Assembly (NCBI GenBank): GCA_963726455.1
Contig: CAVSCK010000004.1
Span: 1,120,001-1,184,000, forward strand
DNA from: an uncultured bacterium
Lineage (GTDB): Bacteria; Zixibacteria; MSB-5A5; CAIYYT01
Direction of reading: 5' to 3'
Length of the DNA: 64,000 nt
In this document: positions 59,123-64,000 of the stretch, piece by piece
Layout: each line of letters starts with the position of its first letter
How positions within the stretch are numbered: the first letter of the stretch is position 1
Notes under the pieces: generated by a model
Told to the model about the DNA's origin: nothing
Database searches by the model: none
Seen by the model: the letters and a program-made list of their open reading frames with translations, nothing else
Program-made: the position numbers and the translations under genes

Positions 59123-59914
59123 GTGGATCAACTCTCGCAGGCAAAAGAGCGCGAAATTCACACAATTTCCGCGCGTCACGGTCGCCACAAGCACGGCAAA
59201 ACTATCGTTGAAGGCGTCCGCGCGATCGAGACTATGCTCCAATGTGGCGTCCAGCCCGAATATATTGCGGTCTGCCGCCAGGTTCTGACGGCCGAGGGAG
59301 AGAAGTTCATGGTCGAATTATCGAAACATGAGTTTCCGACTTACGACTTCCCGGCCAGGAACTTTGCCAAGTTGGCCGAGACCGTTCACTCGCAAGGTTT
59401 CCTTGCGGTCGTCAAAACCACCACGTCGCCGCTCACCGAAAACGAAATCAAACAGGCGAAATTCATGATCTATCTCGATGGTATCAGCGATCCCGGCAAT
59501 CTCGGCACGATCATCCGCACTGCCGCCGCCTTTGCCGTCGACCTGATCGTTGCTTCTTCAACTACCGTCGATCCATTCAATCCCAAAGTAATTCGCGCTT
59601 CAGCGGGACTGATCTTCAAAACCCCGTTGCATCGACTCGAAGACTTCCCGCAATTTGTGGATATCCTCGCATCAAATCGAATTCAACTCCTGGGCAGCGC
59701 GCCTGAGGCCCCAACCGAGCTTGAGAAATTGACCCTTGGCAAGAAAGTCTGTCTGGCAGTCGGTTCCGAGGCGACCGGCCTTTCGCCGGCGACCCGTCAC
59801 GCCTGCAAATCGCAATTTCGCATCAAAACCGCCGGCGGCGTGGAATCACTCAATGCCGCAGCGGCTGCCGCCATTGCTATTCATCATATCGCCATGAAAC
59901 TGGAGATGCTATGA
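59123..59914 (+). CDS. TrmH/SpoU family RNA methyltransferase
   Basis: IVEG, DPGNLGTIIRTAAAF, KVIRASAG, VGSEATGLS, ESLNAA. Confidence 0.92.
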   Translation: MDQLSQAKEREIHTISARHGRHKHGKTIVEGVRAIETMLQCGVQPEYIAVCRQVLTAEGEKFMVELSKHEFPTYDFPARNFAKLAETVHSQGFLAVVKTTTSPLTENEIKQAKFMIYLDGISDPGNLGTIIRTAAAFAVDLIVASSTTVDPFNPKVIRASAGLIFKTPLHRLEDFPQFVDILASNRIQLLGSAPEAPTELEKLTLGKKVCLAVGSEATGLSPATRHACKSQFRIKTAGGVESLNAAAAAAIAIHHIAMKLEML

Positions 59915-61023
59915 AACCTCGCAACCGCTTGTTCCGTAAGTATAAGCGCATGACAAATGGTATCATTGTTTTCATACTCTCGCTTTTTTGCTGGACGTCA
60001 GTTGCGTCCGCTCAAAACGAAATTACGCACGTCTCCGGTACCAGATACCAGGGACAGTTGAATGCTCGCACCTACACCTTGAAGGGCTACACCAATCTAT
60101 CATTCACCGGATCGTCATATCTCGCCGGCCAGTTGACAATCGTCGCGTCCGACAAAGCCACCACGACTGTTTCCTACCAGAAAGTCCTCAAGGCGGAATC
60201 CAACGATCAAGCCAACGAATTCGCCGACTACATCGAGGTCAATTCCGAAGAACTGGAAAATGAACTGGCAATCTCCGCCGAGACCAAATCGCAACCGCCC
60301 TGGAGCGGCACCGACTGGTCCGGCAGCGTTAATGTCGAGATTGAGGCCCCCAAGAACGAAAATCTGAAAATCGACGTTCGCACGACTTTATTCACCATCG
60401 ATATTTCCGGTCCGTTCGGCGCGGTCGACATCACTAACAGTCTCGGCGAAGTTACCATCGAAAAGATCACTAACAAAGTCCGGATCTCTTCGGAGAATGG
60501 CGCCATCAGCATCAGCGATTGCACCGGCCCGGTCACGGTGTCAACTTCCTTGCGTCCGATTACGCTCAGTCGCGTCGATGGTAAACTTGGTTCGATCAAA
60601 TTGCGCAATTCCAATGGCAAGATCATGCTGGCATCGGTACGCGGCGAAATCGACGCCCGCACCGAAAATGCTACCATTTCCGGTTCGCAAGTCCGATTCG
60701 AATCAGGCCATTCGCAGTTGACAACCGAAAATTCCAACGTCGACGTCGACGCCGAGGTCGTCAACGGCGACCTCACGATTCGTGGTACGAACGGCAAGAT
60801 TTCGCTCATGCTTCCCGTGAATACCTCCGCCACCTATGCCCTGCAGGTGGAAGACGCGGGTCGAATCTATACTCGGTCATTGCCCATGACCGTTGATCTC
60901 GCGTCGCGCTCGCGTTTGATCGGATACACCGGCTCCCGGCGAAATAAAATCGAGATTGACATGTCGGGTGTCGGTACTATAGATTTGGAGGGGAAACCGG
61001 CGAACAGGACTTCGCTTCAGTAG
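59911..61023 (+). CDS. Secreted DUF4097-like beta-strand repeat protein
   Basis: Signal peptide; repeats such as TNSLGEV, SSENGAI, RNSNGKI, RTENATI, RGTNGKI. Confidence 0.7.
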   Translation: MKPRNRLFRKYKRMTNGIIVFILSLFCWTSVASAQNEITHVSGTRYQGQLNARTYTLKGYTNLSFTGSSYLAGQLTIVASDKATTTVSYQKVLKAESNDQANEFADYIEVNSEELENELAISAETKSQPPWSGTDWSGSVNVEIEAPKNENLKIDVRTTLFTIDISGPFGAVDITNSLGEVTIEKITNKVRISSENGAISISDCTGPVTVSTSLRPITLSRVDGKLGSIKLRNSNGKIMLASVRGEIDARTENATISGSQVRFESGHSQLTTENSNVDVDAEVVNGDLTIRGTNGKISLMLPVNTSATYALQVEDAGRIYTRSLPMTVDLASRSRLIGYTGSRRNKIEIDMSGVGTIDLEGKPANRTSLQ

Positions 61024-61034
61024 TTCAAAGGATT

Positions 61035-63485
61035 TTGGCTGAAAGGCGCTTTTTGCCCTCCCGCATTCTTTTAATCGCACTCGTCATCTTAGCTGCTGCT
61101 GTTGCCGCAGGTCAGGAAATTCCTTTATCCGCCGGGCTGCAATTTCCACACATTCCCTATGCCGCGGTCACCGGCCCCGAAGGCGTAATTCTCAATCCGT
61201 CCTCTCTCTTTCTCAACAAACCGCTCGGCGTCCAGATATATCACAGCTTTCCCAAGGACAAATTTTCCGGCAACGACGGCCTGATCGTCTCCGCCGCCGG
61301 TCTCGGCTTTGGTTATCAAAGACTGGGCTGGACCGGACTTTCCCCCGACAAGATTTCCCGTTATGATTTCGCCGTGTCTTCGCGCGTCGTCAGGAATATC
61401 TACACCGGCTTGTCCTACACTTATTATAAATCCAGCTTCAAGCCCATCGATAAATCCCATTCCTGGAATTTCTCGATTCTCGCGCATTTGGCTCCTTCTC
61501 TCTCTATCTCTGCTGAGGCGCAAAACGTTAACAAGCACGTCTACCTGGGCAGGCAAACCGATATCGGCTACGGTACGAGTATCGCCCTGCGTCCGATTGG
61601 TGACCGGTTCACTATCGGCGGCAATTTGTCGATGTATCGTGGCCAGAGTCTTAAATCTGCCGTCTGGCAGGCATCGGCGCGAGCCGAAGTGGCGCGCGGG
61701 CTGGTTCTTTATACCGGTATCGACGACCGGCACACGTTTGGAGTCGGCCTCGAATTCCGCATTGGCGATGCCATGGTTGGCACCGAGGGCTTTTTCGACA
61801 ACAATACTAACCATCTCGGCACCACAATCTACTCCGGCTATAATTATGCTCAACGCGACTACTTGATTGCCGGACCGGGAAAGATCCTCCAGGTCGACTT
61901 GTCAGGCGACATCTCCGAAGAGCGCAGCAGTGCCCTCTTTCTGAAATCACCCGAGACCGTCTATGACAAACTCGCCGCAATCAAGAAAGCTCAGAATGAT
62001 CGCGAAATCAAAGGCCTCCTCCTGACCATAAAGAATCCCGGCATTGGCTGGGGCAAGTTCGCCGACTTTCGCCGCGCCGTCAAGGATTTCGAAAAAGCCG
62101 GCAAGCCGGTAATCTGTTACCTGGGCGTCTCACCGAATAACGGCAGCTACTATCTGGCTTCAGCCGCCAATCAAGTCTATATGCTCCCTGTCGATGCCCT
62201 GAATCTCACCGGCTTGCGCGCCGAGGTCACTTTCTACAAGGGTACGCTCGACAAGATCGGAGTTGAAGCCGAAGTCGAGAAACAAGGCAAGTACAAAAAC
62301 TACCCCGATCAGTTCACCGACACAGCCATGACGGCGCCTCACCGCGAGGCACTGGAATCGCTCCTGGATGATATTTATTCCCAGATACTCTCCGACATCG
62401 CGCCCGACCGCCGGCTCACCCCTAAAGGACTGTCCAAGATTATTGACCAAGGGCCGTTCACTTCGGTTCAGGCGGAATCGTTGGGACTGGTTGACGGTCG
62501 CTTTTATCCCGAGGACTTCGAATCCCATCTCCCTTCGATGTTTGGCGGAAATTACTTTGCGGTCTCGTCACAGGAGTATCAGGCCAATGCCCCATATCGT
62601 GATCGCTTCACCGAGCCCCCTGAAATAGCGTTGATCTCTGTCTCCGGCTCCATCACCACGGGAAGTTCCGGGTCGAACTTCGTCACAGGCAACACCGCGG
62701 GCTCCGCCACCATAACTCGCGCCATTCGGAGCGCCAAAAATGACCGCGCAGTAAAAGCCATCGTCATGCGGCTCGACACTCCGGGGGGCGATGCGCTTGC
62801 GTCCGACTTGATCTGGGGCGAACTTCAGTCCGCGCGCAGGCGTAAACCCGTCATCGTGTCAATGTCTGACGAATGCGCCTCGGGCGGCTATTACATTGCC
62901 GTGGCATCTGACAAAATCTTCGTCGAGCCAACTTCCGTGACCGGTTCCATTGGCGTCTTCTGGGGCAAACCGAATCTGGAACAGCTTTATCGCAAACTCG
63001 GAATGAACACGGTGACTATTCGGCGTGGAGACCACGCGGACATCTATTCGATGAAGCAGGGCTTTACTCCCGATGAACGCCTATTGGTTCGGCGTCAGGT
63101 AAACGATATGTATCGCAACTTCGTTTCCATTGTCGCCGAAAATCGCAAACTCTCGACCGACTCCGTCCATACGATCGCCCAGGGTCGGGTCTGGAGCGGC
63201 AAGAGCGCCCTCGCCATTGGACTGGGTGACGCAAATGGCGGCTTGATGGAAGCCATTGACGCCGCCCGTGTCGCGGGAGATATCACCGACAGGGACTATC
63301 GTGTCGTTGAAATGCCGGAGCGCCGCCTTAGCTTGTTTAACATTCCCGACTTACTTATGTCCGCGATTGGACGCCGTCTCGGCCTGTCTGATTCCGTTCC
63401 TGCGGAAGCACTGCGAGCACTCGTTTCGACCACGGGTTCCGAGTCAATGCAGATGCAACTTCCCTATCAACTCACTGTTGAGTGA
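61035..63485 (+). CDS. sppA: Signal peptide peptidase SppA (S49, two-domain form) with N-terminal beta-barrel-like extension
   Basis: YYLASAA, GKYKN, RLDTPGG, CASGGYYIA, TGSIGV, AQGRVWSG; the first ~280 aa are amphipathic beta strands. Confidence 0.9.
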   Translation: MAERRFLPSRILLIALVILAAAVAAGQEIPLSAGLQFPHIPYAAVTGPEGVILNPSSLFLNKPLGVQIYHSFPKDKFSGNDGLIVSAAGLGFGYQRLGWTGLSPDKISRYDFAVSSRVVRNIYTGLSYTYYKSSFKPIDKSHSWNFSILAHLAPSLSISAEAQNVNKHVYLGRQTDIGYGTSIALRPIGDRFTIGGNLSMYRGQSLKSAVWQASARAEVARGLVLYTGIDDRHTFGVGLEFRIGDAMVGTEGFFDNNTNHLGTTIYSGYNYAQRDYLIAGPGKILQVDLSGDISEERSSALFLKSPETVYDKLAAIKKAQNDREIKGLLLTIKNPGIGWGKFADFRRAVKDFEKAGKPVICYLGVSPNNGSYYLASAANQVYMLPVDALNLTGLRAEVTFYKGTLDKIGVEAEVEKQGKYKNYPDQFTDTAMTAPHREALESLLDDIYSQILSDIAPDRRLTPKGLSKIIDQGPFTSVQAESLGLVDGRFYPEDFESHLPSMFGGNYFAVSSQEYQANAPYRDRFTEPPEIALISVSGSITTGSSGSNFVTGNTAGSATITRAIRSAKNDRAVKAIVMRLDTPGGDALASDLIWGELQSARRRKPVIVSMSDECASGGYYIAVASDKIFVEPTSVTGSIGVFWGKPNLEQLYRKLGMNTVTIRRGDHADIYSMKQGFTPDERLLVRRQVNDMYRNFVSIVAENRKLSTDSVHTIAQGRVWSGKSALAIGLGDANGGLMEAIDAARVAGDITDRDYRVVEMPERRLSLFNIPDLLMSAIGRRLGLSDSVPAEALRALVSTTGSESMQMQLPYQLTVE

Positions 63486-63553
63486 GCTGCTCACACGTGC
63501 CTACATCAAGTTCACATACGAATCGGTTCGATCAGTTTATAAATGGAGGTAAC

Positions 63554-64000
63554 ATGAAGAAACTGATTATCGTTCTACTACTGTCGGCGGCGCTGGCATC
63601 GTCTGCCTTTGCCGCTACGGAGTGGCCGGTCAACAAACATGTGTTCAGCAATGGACTAACCCTGCTGACCATGGAAAATTCCGCCACACCGTCCGTTGCT
63701 TTCCAGATGTGGTTCCACGTCGGCTCGAAGAATGAACGCCCCGGGATGACCGGAGTATCTCACCTGTTTGAGCACATGATGTTCATGGGCACCGACAAAA
63801 TCGGCCCTGAGGAATTCTCCAAAATCCTGCAGAAGAAGGGTGGCATTTCCAACGCGTATACATCTTACGATCAGACCGTGTATCACGAAGATTTCGGCAA
63901 AGACCAGCTTGAGGAAGTTCTCCAGTTGGAAAGTGATCGTTTGCAACACTTGAAGCTCGACGACAAGAACCTCGCCACCGAGCGCCAGGTCGTTATTGAA
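63554..64000 (+). CDS. M16 (pitrilysin-family) zinc peptidase, partial
   Basis: GGAGGT RBS, signal peptide, NGL, WFHVGSKNE..GMTGVSHLFEHMMF (HxxEH), NAYTSYDQTVY; runs off the window end. Confidence 0.92.
   Translation, partial: MKKLIIVLLLSAALASSAFAATEWPVNKHVFSNGLTLLTMENSATPSVAFQMWFHVGSKNERPGMTGVSHLFEHMMFMGTDKIGPEEFSKILQKKGGISNAYTSYDQTVYHEDFGKDQLEEVLQLESDRLQHLKLDDKNLATERQVVIE

Overview
Bacterial chromosomal window of mostly housekeeping and metabolic genes: tyrS, an acyl-CoA carboxyltransferase, a B12-dependent acyl-CoA mutase with meaB, recJ, rnpB, guaB, two tRNAs, pfkA, fumC, rpmB, purL, hutU, pepF and sppA. The lineage is probably candidate phylum Zixibacteria, inferred from two secreted LVIVD-repeat proteins ending in 'CGDxNGDGxxDISDxVYLIxYIF' dockerin-like domains. 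Accessory or unexplained elements: (1) a TPP-riboswitch-controlled TonB receptor plus Na+/solute symporter; (2) a STAND/NACHT-type ATPase with an unannotated HEPN-like N-terminal extension, in frame with the next ORF across a single TAG; (3) a Mg2+-transport cluster (NRMT-type NRAMP, MgtE-N/CBS protein, a 36-aa membrane peptide, CorA) whose leader is a multi-stem RNA I do not recognise, overlapping a CxxC uORF, with a similar leader before corA; (4) an unexplained 161-nt structured RNA between rpmB and purL; (5) a REP-associated tyrosine transposase (RAYT) flanked by 42-bp tandem REP arrays, plus a truncated second RAYT with its own REP family. Several conserved genes carry +1 frameshifts that look like long-read assembly errors. 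All calls come from reading motifs by eye; no searches or folding programs were run.
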